From: Candidatus Latescibacterota bacterium
Lineage (GTDB): Bacteria; Latescibacterota; UBA2968; GCA-2709665
Direction of reading: 5' to 3'
Length of the DNA: 64,000 nt
NCBI GenBank assembly: GCA_965208835.1
Contig: OZ242358.1
Span: 3,328,001-3,392,000 of the forward strand
Every line of letters begins with the position of its first letter. Position 1 is the stretch's first letter. The translations under genes were made by a program, and so were the position numbers. The notes beneath the pieces are model-generated. The model worked only from the letters and a program-made list of their open reading frames with translations. It did not search any database and was not told the DNA's origin. This document shows, one piece after another, positions 19,405 to 30,066 of this stretch.

Positions 19405-20031
19405 TCACTTCGTCAGGAAATTCCTGCCGTACCGATATGCGATCTCGAGATTCCTCGCCGTGTTGCACGATGTTGCAAAATGATCCGCCATCCCAGAGAG
19501 AAGTGCAAACTCACAATGCTTCACACCCGCGTCAGGGCGGAGGCGATCATGGGTGTATAACCGCCTCATGGCTTCAGCAATTCCGGACTCTACCAATCCC
19601 TCTAAGGTATTTCCGACAGGACAGAGAACGAGCGCTCTTTCCATGGAGAGGCGTGGAAACGGATGGGTCTCCATGGCGAGTTGGTACTCGTAGGCGTATC
19701 CGCAGACCCAGACCCGGTCGAACCATCCCTTCAACTTCGCCGGACAGTCGCTCCACCAGACCGGAAAGACAAAGGCCAGACCGTCTGCCCTGCTGATCTT
19801 GCTGTGTTCGACTTCCACGTCCGACGGTATGGGGAGGGTGGGGCGATTGCCCTGGACGTTCATCTCGCGAGTGTACTCATCCGGAGTCATCTCGCATTTG
19901 AAGTCCATTTCGTACAAGTCCCCGATCTCGTAGGAATGTCCACCGTCGTCGAATCCTCGACACAATTCGGCCAATACCTCCCCGGTAAAAGACCTCCTCG
20001 TCGGATGCGCGAAGACAATGTATGCGTGCAT
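19405..20031 (-). CDS. NAD(P)H-dependent (quinone) oxidoreductase, flavodoxin-2 fold
   Basis: FAHP..RSF, DLYEMDF, FPVWWSDCPAKLKGWFDRV. Confidence 0.92.
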   Translation of the reverse strand: MHAYIVFAHPTRRSFTGEVLAELCRGFDDGGHSYEIGDLYEMDFKCEMTPDEYTREMNVQGNRPTLPIPSDVEVEHSKISRADGLAFVFPVWWSDCPAKLKGWFDRVWVCGYAYEYQLAMETHPFPRLSMERALVLCPVGNTLEGLVESGIAEAMRRLYTHDRLRPDAGVKHCEFALLSGMADHFATSCNTARNLEIAYRYGRNFLTK

Positions 20032-20105
20032 CAAGGGACCTCCGCCGGCAGCGGTGCAGGCCACGGCGCTGGACAACACGGCGCTGTTTTCGAAAGTAGT
20101 CTCAA

Positions 20106-20873
20106 TCAGGCATGCGCCGTAACGACCGGCTGAAAGTAACCTGACTGTTCAGGCGTATGCCAGGCGACTTTCGAGAATCCGGCGGACTCCAGGGCCAGAG
20201 TGAGCTCCTTGCGCCTGATTGCCCGGTAGCGGGTCCTTAGCTCTCTTACCTGCCATCCATTCGGTGCCCGGGTCATGATGAATTGCCGAATCAGACAGGT
20301 ATCTGAATTCTTCGACCAGTCCCAGACCTGAAACGTAATGACCTCGCGCTCCGAGGCACCCTGAACATTCGCACCCTCAAACGACGGTTTTTCCGCGAGC
20401 AACCGATCGTAATCTCGAATACTGGCAACAAACAGTCCATCAGCCTTCAGTGTGCGCCTGATGCTTCGGAGAGCGGAAGTCAGGTCTTCATCGGTCAGGA
20501 GATGAGGCAGTGAGTTATCGCAACTGATCACAACGTCGAACTTGCGGGCGAAGGCACGTTCCACTTCCCGAACATCGGAAACGGCGAACTCAATCTTCAG
20601 ACCCCGGTCGGCTGCTTCTGATTTCGCCCTGGCAATCGCCTTCGGGCTGAGATCTGACGCGAAGACTTCGTATCCCTGCTGCGCCAGGCCAATTGTCTGG
20701 GTGCCGATTCCACATGAACAGTCCAGGACAAGCGACGCACTTGCCGTCGATTCACGTTGAATCAACCGATCCAGTACGCACGACTGCCGTTCGATTGCCG
20801 ATTCCCACTCCGCGTAGACGTGATGGTAGTCAGCAGCCAGGTCATCGTAAAAACGTCTGACGTCTTCGCTCAA
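20106..20873 (-). CDS. Class I SAM methyltransferase (glycine/sarcosine N-methyltransferase-like)
   Basis: VLDCSCGIGTQ, CDNSLPHL, ASIRDYD. Confidence 0.9.
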   Translation of the reverse strand: MSEDVRRFYDDLAADYHHVYAEWESAIERQSCVLDRLIQRESTASASLVLDCSCGIGTQTIGLAQQGYEVFASDLSPKAIARAKSEAADRGLKIEFAVSDVREVERAFARKFDVVISCDNSLPHLLTDEDLTSALRSIRRTLKADGLFVASIRDYDRLLAEKPSFEGANVQGASEREVITFQVWDWSKNSDTCLIRQFIMTRAPNGWQVRELRTRYRAIRRKELTLALESAGFSKVAWHTPEQSGYFQPVVTAHA

Positions 20874-21039
20874 CGTCGGCGACTCCCTCGAATGAGTCTA
20901 TTCCCGAAAACGTCCCCACGGGCATTGAACTTGCTGAAGGCAAGTCAGATCGGAAACGCGAACGCGCCGGAGCCGCAGTCCGGCGTGTCAGCGGTAGCCG
21001 CTTCCTGCCGCCTTTATCGCTACGCGATGTTGGCGCGGA

Positions 21040-21855
21040 TCAAGTGCCTGCCGCAGCTGACTTTTCCTGCATTTGATCTTTGATCCATTCCATCCACTCA
21101 ACCAGTTGAGACAGATATTCGTCTACTTCGTTCTCACTCGGCTGTACGGGATGAACATAGATTTCAGAGGTTCTTCTCAGAAAACCTTGCCAATCCGGAG
21201 AGACCTCTTCCAGCAGCGGAAGAACCTCGGACCCCTTGAGGGAATACCTGCTTCCGCTTGCCATGAGGAGATAACCGCCACCCAGCACGGCCAGGCGTCC
21301 GAGCTTGCGGAGGCGCAAAGAGGTCTCTTCAGGAAGGGAGAAATCGGTCGTGTTCTCCTCCAGCAATCCCGCTGCAAATCGGACCAGTACCCTGGGGTCG
21401 CGGAACGCGCCAATGGGATCGGGGGGTGGGATTTCCATCCCTTTGATCAGATCCTCTCCCCAGACAAGTGTGGCATCGTGGCAAAGTCGCGTTGCGACCT
21501 CGGAAACCCTGTCTACAGATCGCGGTGTGACAAGCCCGTGAAGTGAGAGGAACTCTCTACGAAGGGATGCCTCGGATTCCCGTAGCCGGAACCTGTCCGC
21601 ATCGGTGACGGCGTCAATTACAAATGGATGCAAGTCAAGATCGGAGACTTCGGGTACCGCTTCGTTCCGATGAACACTTCCCCACACGTAGACTGAGACA
21701 AGCCGTTCATCGAATAGGTCGCAATACACCGAAACGTGGTCCACCACGGCGTCTCTGAAGAAGCCATCCGCGATGGAGTCGAGATTGACAAACCTGTCGA
21801 GATCTTTCCCCGCCACGACACCTCCTTCACGCTCGGGCGACACGGTGGCCTTCAC
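21040..21855 (-). CDS. Nucleotidyltransferase-domain protein
   Basis: VYVWGSVHRNEAVPEVSDLD (GS...DxD motif). Confidence 0.8.
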   Translation of the reverse strand: MKATVSPEREGGVVAGKDLDRFVNLDSIADGFFRDAVVDHVSVYCDLFDERLVSVYVWGSVHRNEAVPEVSDLDLHPFVIDAVTDADRFRLRESEASLRREFLSLHGLVTPRSVDRVSEVATRLCHDATLVWGEDLIKGMEIPPPDPIGAFRDPRVLVRFAAGLLEENTTDFSLPEETSLRLRKLGRLAVLGGGYLLMASGSRYSLKGSEVLPLLEEVSPDWQGFLRRTSEIYVHPVQPSENEVDEYLSQLVEWMEWIKDQMQEKSAAAGT

Positions 21856-21891
21856 ACGAAGATGATCACCGTCGATGCCAAATGGCGCCCT

Positions 21892-22659
21892 CTAATTTGG
21901 CCGCTCTTTTTGCGCTTCAATCAGGAATTTCCTTGCCGTGAACGCCAGCTCATTGCCGCTGTCAAGTCGGTGTTTCAGCCTCAATAGATGCTCCACGTGC
22001 GTTTCGACAGAAAACCCGGGTACAAGCCAGGGAACAGCCTTCAAGTAGTAGACCACGGCGCCCACGTCGGCGAAAGCCAGCCGGCCAGACCAGTCTTCGG
22101 CATTGAGCATAGTCAGGCCTTTCGTTCTCAATTGAGCCACGTTCCTTTCGAGGGTGGATCCGGGCGATTGCGGTTTCACGTCAAACGCTGCCAGCAAGTC
22201 ACAGGCCCATAACCCGTGAACCTGCTGGGTCAGGAATGTACCGCCCGGCGTGAGAATACGGGCAACTTCATTGGGATTGAATGCGGAATGGCGATTCAGA
22301 ACGAGATCGAACTCGCTATCGGAAAACGGCACTGGATCGCGATTGGATAATCGAACATCGACAACTCTCGCTCCCAATGGAACGAGACGCTCTGTTGCCA
22401 GCTTGCGGTTCGGTGCATATTCCTCCGTTGCCACAACCACTTCAGGCCAGAATTCCTGTAAGTTCAGGAACCGCTCACCCCCGCCTGTCCCCATGTCAAC
22501 GACAGATGAGCATCGGCGCATGAGGTCAGCGGCTCGAGAAGAAAAAGACCATGGAGCTTGCTCTTCAAACATCCTGCCATCCAGCCAGGAAAAATCCCAT
22601 CCCGAGAAGAGCTGTTCCTCTTCACATCTCCAACTATCGACAAGCTTGTCTAGACTCAT
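21892..22659 (-). CDS. Class I SAM methyltransferase
   Basis: FSGWDFS, DMGTGGGE, LTPGGTFLTQQV. Confidence 0.9.
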   Translation of the reverse strand: MSLDKLVDSWRCEEEQLFSGWDFSWLDGRMFEEQAPWSFSSRAADLMRRCSSVVDMGTGGGERFLNLQEFWPEVVVATEEYAPNRKLATERLVPLGARVVDVRLSNRDPVPFSDSEFDLVLNRHSAFNPNEVARILTPGGTFLTQQVHGLWACDLLAAFDVKPQSPGSTLERNVAQLRTKGLTMLNAEDWSGRLAFADVGAVVYYLKAVPWLVPGFSVETHVEHLLRLKHRLDSGNELAFTARKFLIEAQKERPN

Positions 22660-22816
22660 ATTGCGCGTTATCCGGAAACGGTGTCGGTTAATTGATTGAC
22701 CACGCCCTCATTTTTTGTTTGAAGTTATGCCCTGTTGCCTGACGGTCCGGAACTCACGAACCCGTCGAAGCCGGATTGGGCGGAGGCCGGGACGGCCGAA
22801 GCGGTGGGTACTCGTG

Positions 22817-23860
22817 TTATGCGAAAGCGAGTTCGCTGGATACGCTATCCGGTTCTTTCGAGACCACCTCGGCCCATATGGATGCTGTTTGATCCAGTAA
22901 CAACTTGAGTTGAGACTCTTGTAGATCCTCATTGAGGAGCCACGAACCCGTTTCACCACTTCGAACTGCATACCACGTATAGGCAAACAGGACATCGCGT
23001 TTGTCATCGAGCTCCGTGATCTCCTCGCCCACGGCCAGGCGGGATGGATACGACGTGACGTGCCGCTCTGCAACATCAGCGGGAGCCCTGGCAAACCTTG
23101 CTTCTACCTCATCCGCGGTAAGAGAAAGCAGTCGGATGAGGCGATTCGCAATTCCTTCTTCCTGGTGCTCGTGAGCCAGAACGGAAAAACGGGTGAAGAC
23201 TCTTCCGAAGGACCGATCTCCGTGCCCCCACCTTTCCATCAGATATGGGACTGTCACACGCGCGAGTTCCTGAATAGAGATCCCTGCCTCAATCAGACGA
23301 CCTGCGTCCAGATATGACTGAACCCGCTGAGCGAGAGCGGTTACACGTCTGACTCGCTCGATTTGGCGCGCATGGACAACCGTTGGGTTAAATCGACCAT
23401 CGGAGAGCAGCACAACAAATGCGGGAGTATCGCAATCCTCAGACCCGTGAACTGATTGACCGAGATGGCTCTTGTCAGTCGCATGGAAAGTTCTTTCATC
23501 GGCCATCAGTTCATCCAGGTGACGCTTGCCTTTGATCAGGTCGTCCGCCTCGTCGGCTGTAAAATGAAGTCGCCCAGCGTCAACAGACGTCGGCCACGTG
23601 TCTCGAGCCCATTCTCTCGTGATGGCTAACGCAAGCTCGTCCACTCTTTTTGGAAGACTGCTGTCCGCCTCCCTGGACGCAATGTAGATGAGGTCTATAT
23701 CAGATAAAGGCCACGCCACTCCTCGACCAATGCTACCCCCGAGAATTACACCCGCAACGCCAGGAGCAGATGCGATCCGTTCGATGGCTTCAACGGTTCG
23801 CTTCTGGAGAACAAGCTCCCAGTTTTCCAGGTGTGCCCGGAAGAGATCCGCCCTGAACAA
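22817..23860 (-). CDS. Nucleotidyltransferase-domain protein
   Basis: GGSIGRGVAWPLSDIDL; the stop codon overlaps an attC R'' box (GCATAAC). Confidence 0.8.
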   Translation of the reverse strand: MFRADLFRAHLENWELVLQKRTVEAIERIASAPGVAGVILGGSIGRGVAWPLSDIDLIYIASREADSSLPKRVDELALAITREWARDTWPTSVDAGRLHFTADEADDLIKGKRHLDELMADERTFHATDKSHLGQSVHGSEDCDTPAFVVLLSDGRFNPTVVHARQIERVRRVTALAQRVQSYLDAGRLIEAGISIQELARVTVPYLMERWGHGDRSFGRVFTRFSVLAHEHQEEGIANRLIRLLSLTADEVEARFARAPADVAERHVTSYPSRLAVGEEITELDDKRDVLFAYTWYAVRSGETGSWLLNEDLQESQLKLLLDQTASIWAEVVSKEPDSVSSELAFA

Positions 23861-24003
23861 ATCGAACTCACTTTCGCAAAACGTCTCGCCGGATTGCGAA
23901 CCCGACCAGCCGGTTGCCGAAGGCCAGCGCGGCGATGGCGCCGCAGCGCAAAACGTGTTGTTATCGGACGATGCATTTCGGCCGCGTCTGACTATGCAGT
24001 CCG

Positions 24004-24612
24004 CTAATCCGACAGGAACCCTTGCCAGCGATGACCTTCAGGATACAAGACTTCCAACCCGGCTCCCAACCATCTCTTTGACTCGGCGGACATCAGCGGC
24101 AGGCACGTTTCAAAGTCCAGATCATCTTTCGAACGAGGATTCCCGGCTTTGTACAGCAGTTGAACCTCGATCCGTATGCAGGGAACACTTCTGTATGCGA
24201 CGATCAAGTCTCCTCGTTGCCCGCCAATCAGTCTGCTGCGTTTGCTGAACCACCTGTCGCCTTGGCTCTCAGTTAACATGATCTGAAGCTGCCATGCCTT
24301 TATGCTGGTATGGCCCCATATGTCAAATATCCCGTAAGGCAAGTACTCTGATTCCGCCCAGGGTCGCAATGAACCAGCCGGATCAGCCGCGTACAGATGC
24401 CAATTCGAGAGCCAGCGCTGTACTTCGAGTTGCTGATCCCGGTACACGATGACGTCTATATCGCCGTGGCCCCTGACGCGCTTTCCCGCGAACTGCTCAA
24501 CCGCATAGCCGCCAGCGAGTCCCCACATGAAAGGAGCGCCAGCGAACAATTGCGTCAATTCCTGGACTGACAAGGGTTGCCACTGGCTTAGGGGAATCTC
24601 AGGAGTGGTCAT
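24004..24612 (-). CDS. Aminoglycoside-2''-adenylyltransferase-like nucleotidyltransferase
   Basis: AGGYAVE...R.HGDIDV, QLLYKA, KDDLDF. Confidence 0.82.
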   Translation of the reverse strand: MTTPEIPLSQWQPLSVQELTQLFAGAPFMWGLAGGYAVEQFAGKRVRGHGDIDVIVYRDQQLEVQRWLSNWHLYAADPAGSLRPWAESEYLPYGIFDIWGHTSIKAWQLQIMLTESQGDRWFSKRSRLIGGQRGDLIVAYRSVPCIRIEVQLLYKAGNPRSKDDLDFETCLPLMSAESKRWLGAGLEVLYPEGHRWQGFLSD

Positions 24613-24760
24613 ACAGTTCGCGTTCTGCGCTTAAATGACGTCCGCAAACGCGCAAGCATTGCAGAAGCGGCACTTCATCAAATAGTGTGAGGGGTTTCTG
24701 GCACTCTGTCAGTGACTCACGCAGGGCCGTTTGAGTGAAGCGACGAAGGAGCGGAGAAAT

Positions 24761-26575
24761 TTACAGATCTTCATTCGGCATCTGCGGATGTTGGGCAGGA
24801 AAGAGCGCATCCAGGAGCTCAGCCGCATCGCCAGTAAGCAACATATCCGACCGATCGGCAATCTCAATTGGCGCTTCTTTTCCAATGATGATTTGTGCAA
24901 ACTCATGACCACTTTCAACGCTGTTGTCTGCTTTGCCACCAGGTTGCGCAGAGACTTCACCGTTGTCGATGGATAGAATTACAGACTGATCCGGGATGGA
25001 GATCTGTAATGTGCCTATGAAATCTCTGAGATGCGACTTTCGTAATCGTCGAGATAACTCCGGTGCGATCTTGGTCAGCGTCGTCTCAAGGTTGATGATG
25101 CGAATCTGGTTCCCCGTCCGACCATTGTGGTTTCTGGCTGAATAAAGATGAGGCAACTGCCGCACGCGTCGTGCCAGCGCGCTGCGCCAGGGTAGTCGGA
25201 CGAATTGCACCCTGGGTCCCCGGTATTGCCGGGCAAGTTGCCCTAAAACGCGCAGGATCTGTTCCGGATCACCGGCTGAATCCGTATGACGCAGGTCGCG
25301 CCCCTCGTGATCTTTCTCTGTATTCGGGCCATCGTAGAGATAACCCACCGCACGTCCGGTTTTATCGTTGAAAATGTACGCCGTCCACGGATCGTCGTCT
25401 TCCGGCGGGCATTTGCCTCTTCGGTATGTTGGACGGACGGTCGTGCCGGTCAATCCGTCGTGCCATCGATTGTGAAGTTCAGCCAGGTCTCTGCGCCCGT
25501 GAATCACGTTGACATGTACTTCCCCCAGCTCTATTTCCGGGGCTGCTTCGGGCAGGTGCTCGGTGTCTATAAAATACGTCTCCTGATCCGGCCAGGCAAG
25601 CACGTAGCCGAAATTCGCAAAGCGATCGAGCGGTTCGGTACGTGTACACGACATATCATAACCATGGGCATACATGGCGTCCAGCGCCGCCTGAATTGTT
25701 GCCGCGTAGATCCCCTCATCCCGATAGTCGGGATGCACGGTCGGCAGATTGATGCCCCCGGTCCGAACCGTTGCGCTGCCGATACGCATCGAGAGATCAT
25801 AAATGCCCGCGTGTGTGACCACATCACCATCCAGCGTTCCGATCCGCGACGTCTGCCAGTCGTAGTGACTGTGCGCGATGCGTCCGGCGCGACACTGACG
25901 GCCGATGGCGTTCCAGCGCCTGTCCAGCAACTCATAGATACCTTCGCTATGGTTCGTTTGATCAGGCGCCAGGATTTCTCGCACACGGTCAATGAACCGA
26001 TCGTCCCGCGAAGGCCGGTTCTCATGCATATTGTCCTTCACCATATCGAATAGCCTTTCCTTGAGCCGTTTCCGCGCAGACCGCAGACGGTTCTTCACGA
26101 CGGCGACTGACACACCCAGAAAAGCGGCCACTTCCCGCTGTGAATAATCCGAGATGTAGAACAAAGACACGGCCTGACGCTCGTTTTCGTGCAACGTGTC
26201 GATCGCTTCTCGCACAAGGCACCGCATCTCGTTTTCTTCTGTTGTTCGATCCGGATGTTGCTCTTCCGATGCGATCTCGACGAGTTGCTCCATCGATACA
26301 ATCTCGACCTTCTTACCCCGGCGCGTCATCCGATCGCAATGTTTGAACACGATCTTGCGTAACAAAGCAGGAAAGGCGAAGACGTCGTACACCCGCTCCA
26401 GATTCACCCACGCCTCTGTAAACGCCTCCTGCGCCGCGTCCTGCGCCAGGTGAAAATCCCTCAACAATGCGTACCCGTATCCCACCGCGAGATCTTGAAA
26501 GTGTGCCACAATCTGCTCGTAGGCCTTCAGATCTCCTCGCTTTGCGCGTTCAAATATCGGCTTCAGTGTCTCCAT
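24761..26575 (-). CDS. ECF sigma-70 factor fused to an Eis-like GNAT/SCP2 region
   Basis: AQDAAQEAF (region 2), YSQREVAAFLG..VKNRLRSARKRL (region 4), then GGINLPTVHPDYR and a terminal LFP motif as in 32707-33930. Confidence 0.88.
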   Translation of the reverse strand: METLKPIFERAKRGDLKAYEQIVAHFQDLAVGYGYALLRDFHLAQDAAQEAFTEAWVNLERVYDVFAFPALLRKIVFKHCDRMTRRGKKVEIVSMEQLVEIASEEQHPDRTTEENEMRCLVREAIDTLHENERQAVSLFYISDYSQREVAAFLGVSVAVVKNRLRSARKRLKERLFDMVKDNMHENRPSRDDRFIDRVREILAPDQTNHSEGIYELLDRRWNAIGRQCRAGRIAHSHYDWQTSRIGTLDGDVVTHAGIYDLSMRIGSATVRTGGINLPTVHPDYRDEGIYAATIQAALDAMYAHGYDMSCTRTEPLDRFANFGYVLAWPDQETYFIDTEHLPEAAPEIELGEVHVNVIHGRRDLAELHNRWHDGLTGTTVRPTYRRGKCPPEDDDPWTAYIFNDKTGRAVGYLYDGPNTEKDHEGRDLRHTDSAGDPEQILRVLGQLARQYRGPRVQFVRLPWRSALARRVRQLPHLYSARNHNGRTGNQIRIINLETTLTKIAPELSRRLRKSHLRDFIGTLQISIPDQSVILSIDNGEVSAQPGGKADNSVESGHEFAQIIIGKEAPIEIADRSDMLLTGDAAELLDALFPAQHPQMPNEDL

Positions 26576-26779
26576 CTCGATCCTCTGATTGTGAAGGCCT
26601 TCACCGATAATATCCCATTTGGACTGCATTGGGTGTACTTATCCTGAGTTTTTCTCATACCTGTCCAAAAACGGATTTGATTAACTACGAAAATCGCGAA
26701 ATAAACGGCTGGAAAAATCGTCCAAGACCATTGGCGAAACGAGTCGATCCTACCTTTGCGAAGACTGTCATGTTGAGGA

Positions 26780-27090
26780 CTTGCCTCGAGCGTGTCGAAA
26801 GGCCATCAGGCAGTCGATGCGTCCGCGCACAAGCTCATCTACAAAGGGCATGTAGTACACGTACAATCGAGAATACGGGAGATTCTTCGCTGCGCTGTGA
26901 TTGACGCGCTTTGCGATTGCCCGTGGTGAAACGCTGAGCCCACACCTTCGCAGAGCATGTTATCCTGAGAAGGCCCGCGCGCTCAGAATGGCATGTTTAA
27001 AGATTGTCATGCACGTGGCTTCCCGTTGTCATCCATAGGACCTGCCCTGAGCGTGCTTGCATTGAGCTTGTCGAAATGTCGAAGGGTGCC
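26780..27090. repeat. Cluster of REP-like palindromes
   Basis: GAGCGTGTCGAAAGG, GAGATTCTTCGCTGCGCT, TCCTGAG...CTCAGAATG, CCTGAGC...TGTCGAAGGG. Confidence 0.55.
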
Positions 27091-27386
27091 CCCAGGCCGA
27101 CGAAGGATCTACTGCAGCATCGGTCCCTCCCCGTGTGATTTGCACGTGTCGATACCTGAGGGGCAGCACGTCCGCCTGCAGCGCGAGACCGAAGCGCCGA
27201 CAGATGCTTAACTCCGCTCGGAATGCCATGTATTGCAACAAACGCGAGAGTGCGAGACCGTGCCGTTCGATGGGATCCGAACTGCCTGTGGTGTATTCGA
27301 GACGAGTAGACGGAAAGGAATGGCGGGAGGACTTTGAGTGGCTGGTCTGTTGGGGTTTCTTGTCTTTGCCTTCTATATGCATCTGT

Positions 27387-27439
27387 CTATCGACAAGCTT
27401 GCCTAGACTCATATTGCACGTTATCTGGAGACGGTGTCA
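27387..27439 (-). pseudogene. 5' stump and leader of a paralog of methyltransferase 21892-22659
   Basis: Near-identical to 22634-22686 (MSLGKLVD vs MSLDKLVD). Confidence 0.8.
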
Positions 27440-28564
27440 GGCCGGGGTTCCGCGCCAGAAATCGTTGTACGCCGCCAGCGGCCCTTCACCGTGCGGCCCG
27501 GTAGCCAGGTCGAGCCCCCCGAAGAGATAGACGGCCCCGCCCCCCACTGCCATAACGGGGATTCGCTTCACACCGGGACGTTTGGCGGCGACAGAATAAT
27601 CCTTCGCGCCGTTGTGTGGATACAGACAGTCCCACCGGCCGGCTCGAAGATCGTACTGCCACAGATCGTTCAACTGGGGGTGCTCCCCTTCCCCTCCTGC
27701 AAATCCTCCGAACAGATACAGGTGATCTCCGATCACAGCGTATCCCAGCCCGTACCGGGGGGAAGGCCGTGCAACGTCATCCGGCCGGTTCTCCTCAATG
27801 CAGGTCCAGGCGCCTCCGCCGGGATCGTATTCCCACAGATCGTTGTAGAACTCCGGCGTTCGATCCTGGCTGTCCCGGCCGCCCCACAGGTAGAGCCTGC
27901 CGTTCCAGCCGACCAGCACGGGACAGTACCGTTTCGGCGGCCAACCGTTGCGCCCATTCGATGCAGGCCCCAGGTGCTCCCATTTCCCGGCCGGCGCCTT
28001 GTAGCTCCACAGCTGTGCATGCGTCATCGCGCCGTGTCCACCCATCACATACAGGCAATCGCCCAGAACGGCCGCGCCCCTACTCCCCGATCCGGCGGGA
28101 CGATGCCCATCCGCCATTATTCCCGATGTGCGCCCGTCGTCGGGCTCTATCAGCTCCCACGAGGCAGTCTTCGGATCGTAGGCCCAGAGATCGTTCAGCT
28201 TGATCTCCCCCTTGCCGGGGCCCCGCACTGAGGACCCGCCAAAAAGATAAAGCCTGCCGTTCAAGGGCACCCAGGTCGTGAGCTTCCGGGTACACGGTCT
28301 GGTATCGGACGGTTTGAACCCGATGCGCCCATCGTGGTCTTCCAGCCGCGTCCACCTGCCTCGACCCGGGTCGTAACGCCACAGGTCGTTCAGTGAACCC
28401 TGGACAGAGAGATCTCCAGGCCCTTTCGGCTGGCCGTACATCACTTTTATTCCCCCGAACAGATAGACGCAACCATCGCAGCTCAACATCCCGCCGAAGG
28501 CCGCCCGCCTGCAGGGTACATCCTCGGCCTGTTCCTGGTCGGGATGCAGCAGTTCCCACTTCAT
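27437..28564 (-). CDS. Kelch-repeat beta-propeller protein
   Basis: Repeated YLFGG...LNDLW.YD....W units. Confidence 0.93.
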   Translation of the reverse strand: MKWELLHPDQEQAEDVPCRRAAFGGMLSCDGCVYLFGGIKVMYGQPKGPGDLSVQGSLNDLWRYDPGRGRWTRLEDHDGRIGFKPSDTRPCTRKLTTWVPLNGRLYLFGGSSVRGPGKGEIKLNDLWAYDPKTASWELIEPDDGRTSGIMADGHRPAGSGSRGAAVLGDCLYVMGGHGAMTHAQLWSYKAPAGKWEHLGPASNGRNGWPPKRYCPVLVGWNGRLYLWGGRDSQDRTPEFYNDLWEYDPGGGAWTCIEENRPDDVARPSPRYGLGYAVIGDHLYLFGGFAGGEGEHPQLNDLWQYDLRAGRWDCLYPHNGAKDYSVAAKRPGVKRIPVMAVGGGAVYLFGGLDLATGPHGEGPLAAYNDFWRGTPA

Positions 28565-28608
28565 CGTGGACCTCCGCACGGCCTGACATGTGATTCTGCG
28601 AGATGGCT

Positions 28609-30066
28609 TCAGGACGCGTAAAGAGCAAACAGCCTGGCGCGGTCCAGGTACACTTTAACCTTGACCCCGCCGCGAGCCTGTGAGACCATCTTCTCTTCGA
28701 GTCCACCTTCGTTATCCCCGACTGCGCCTTGCGGATCGCTTTTCCATTGTACCCGGTATTCTGTTTCATTCGCCGAGAAGGGGATGCAGTCTTCTTTGCC
28801 GAAACCCGGCACGACCCGGTCAAACGGATCGACGACCTCCACTCGAATTGAACCGCCGGTCGCATCGGCGTTGATCCACAACGAAGTGGGCCGGATACCC
28901 AGCGGGACCGTGGTCACCACCCCCTGCGCCTCCGTCTTCAGACAGACCAGCCGGTCCTTTTCGATCTTTGCCAGATTGATTCCCCGCCGGGATTCTTCAT
29001 CGTAGCGCGTCCCCTCGCCGTGCAATTCATTTGAGCAGCTGTGATAGACCCAGATCTCGTCGCCGCGGACAAAGGGGGAATGAGACGGATAGACACTTCC
29101 GCTGTCGTGGCTGCCGCGGGGGCCGCATTCAAGAATGGGTTCGCGGTTGCCCGCCCGGTGCCAGGTCCGGCCGTTCTTCGAGTAGGTCAACTGAATGTCC
29201 ATCCGGTTCATCCATTCCGGCATCCAGTCTTCGATCCGGTTCCGGGCGATCCACCCCTCGTTGAGCGTGTGAAACACGGACAGGAAGCCGATGCGAAAGC
29301 CGCGATACGCCACCGAACTCATTCCGTAAAACTCCCGGTCCTGCGGGGGATCGAACTCATCGGGTGCGACGATGATCTTGCGCGGGGTCCAGTTTTCGAA
29401 ATCATCGCTTTCAGCCATGCAAATGATGCGCACGTTAGGCCGGCCCCGCAGAAAGACGACGTAGCGGTGGATTCTTGTATCCCAATAGGCGACCAGGTGG
29501 GTATCCGAGCCCTGTGGAATGACCGGATTGAGCCAGCGCCGGGGCACGTCCCAATGAATCCCGTCGGCAGAATACGCCACACAGACCGGCTGGACGATAC
29601 CGGCGAATATCATGTCTCCGCTCTGGAACATAAAGAGCATCTTGTAGCGTTTGGCGGGGTCTGTTTCGATGGGGTCTTTCATGACTCCTGTCCCGGCCCC
29701 CCATCTCAGGAAGGGAAAGACCAGGTTGTTCTCTTTGCTGCCGGCGTCCTCGACGAGGTTGAGGACGGGTTTTTCCCAGTGGATCCCGTCCTTCGACACG
29801 GCGTAGGCCAGTCCGTCCGCACTTTCGCCACGCGCATCGCTCAATCTCCGGCTCACGCCGTACCACATCTTGAAGATATTTTCGTCTTCGTCGTACAGGA
29901 CGTTGACGTAGCCGCCGATCAGCCACTCCTCCTCCCAGGCCCGATCCTTCTCAATCAGAGGCTGGTGCGAAACTTTCTTTGCGGGTACGACCCCTTGCAC
30001 GACGCCGTCGAGATTCTCTACATACGTATTGTCAATGAACAGAAAGGCCGATTTCTCGTCCGTCAT
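28609..30066 (-). CDS. Five-bladed beta-propeller (GH32/43-like) protein
   Basis: KMWY, Asp-box repeats SKDGIHW / SADGIHW / SDDFENW / SKNGRTW, and a C-terminal INADA..G.IRVE domain. Confidence 0.7.
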   Translation of the reverse strand: MTDEKSAFLFIDNTYVENLDGVVQGVVPAKKVSHQPLIEKDRAWEEEWLIGGYVNVLYDEDENIFKMWYGVSRRLSDARGESADGLAYAVSKDGIHWEKPVLNLVEDAGSKENNLVFPFLRWGAGTGVMKDPIETDPAKRYKMLFMFQSGDMIFAGIVQPVCVAYSADGIHWDVPRRWLNPVIPQGSDTHLVAYWDTRIHRYVVFLRGRPNVRIICMAESDDFENWTPRKIIVAPDEFDPPQDREFYGMSSVAYRGFRIGFLSVFHTLNEGWIARNRIEDWMPEWMNRMDIQLTYSKNGRTWHRAGNREPILECGPRGSHDSGSVYPSHSPFVRGDEIWVYHSCSNELHGEGTRYDEESRRGINLAKIEKDRLVCLKTEAQGVVTTVPLGIRPTSLWINADATGGSIRVEVVDPFDRVVPGFGKEDCIPFSANETEYRVQWKSDPQGAVGDNEGGLEEKMVSQARGGVKVKVYLDRARLFALYAS

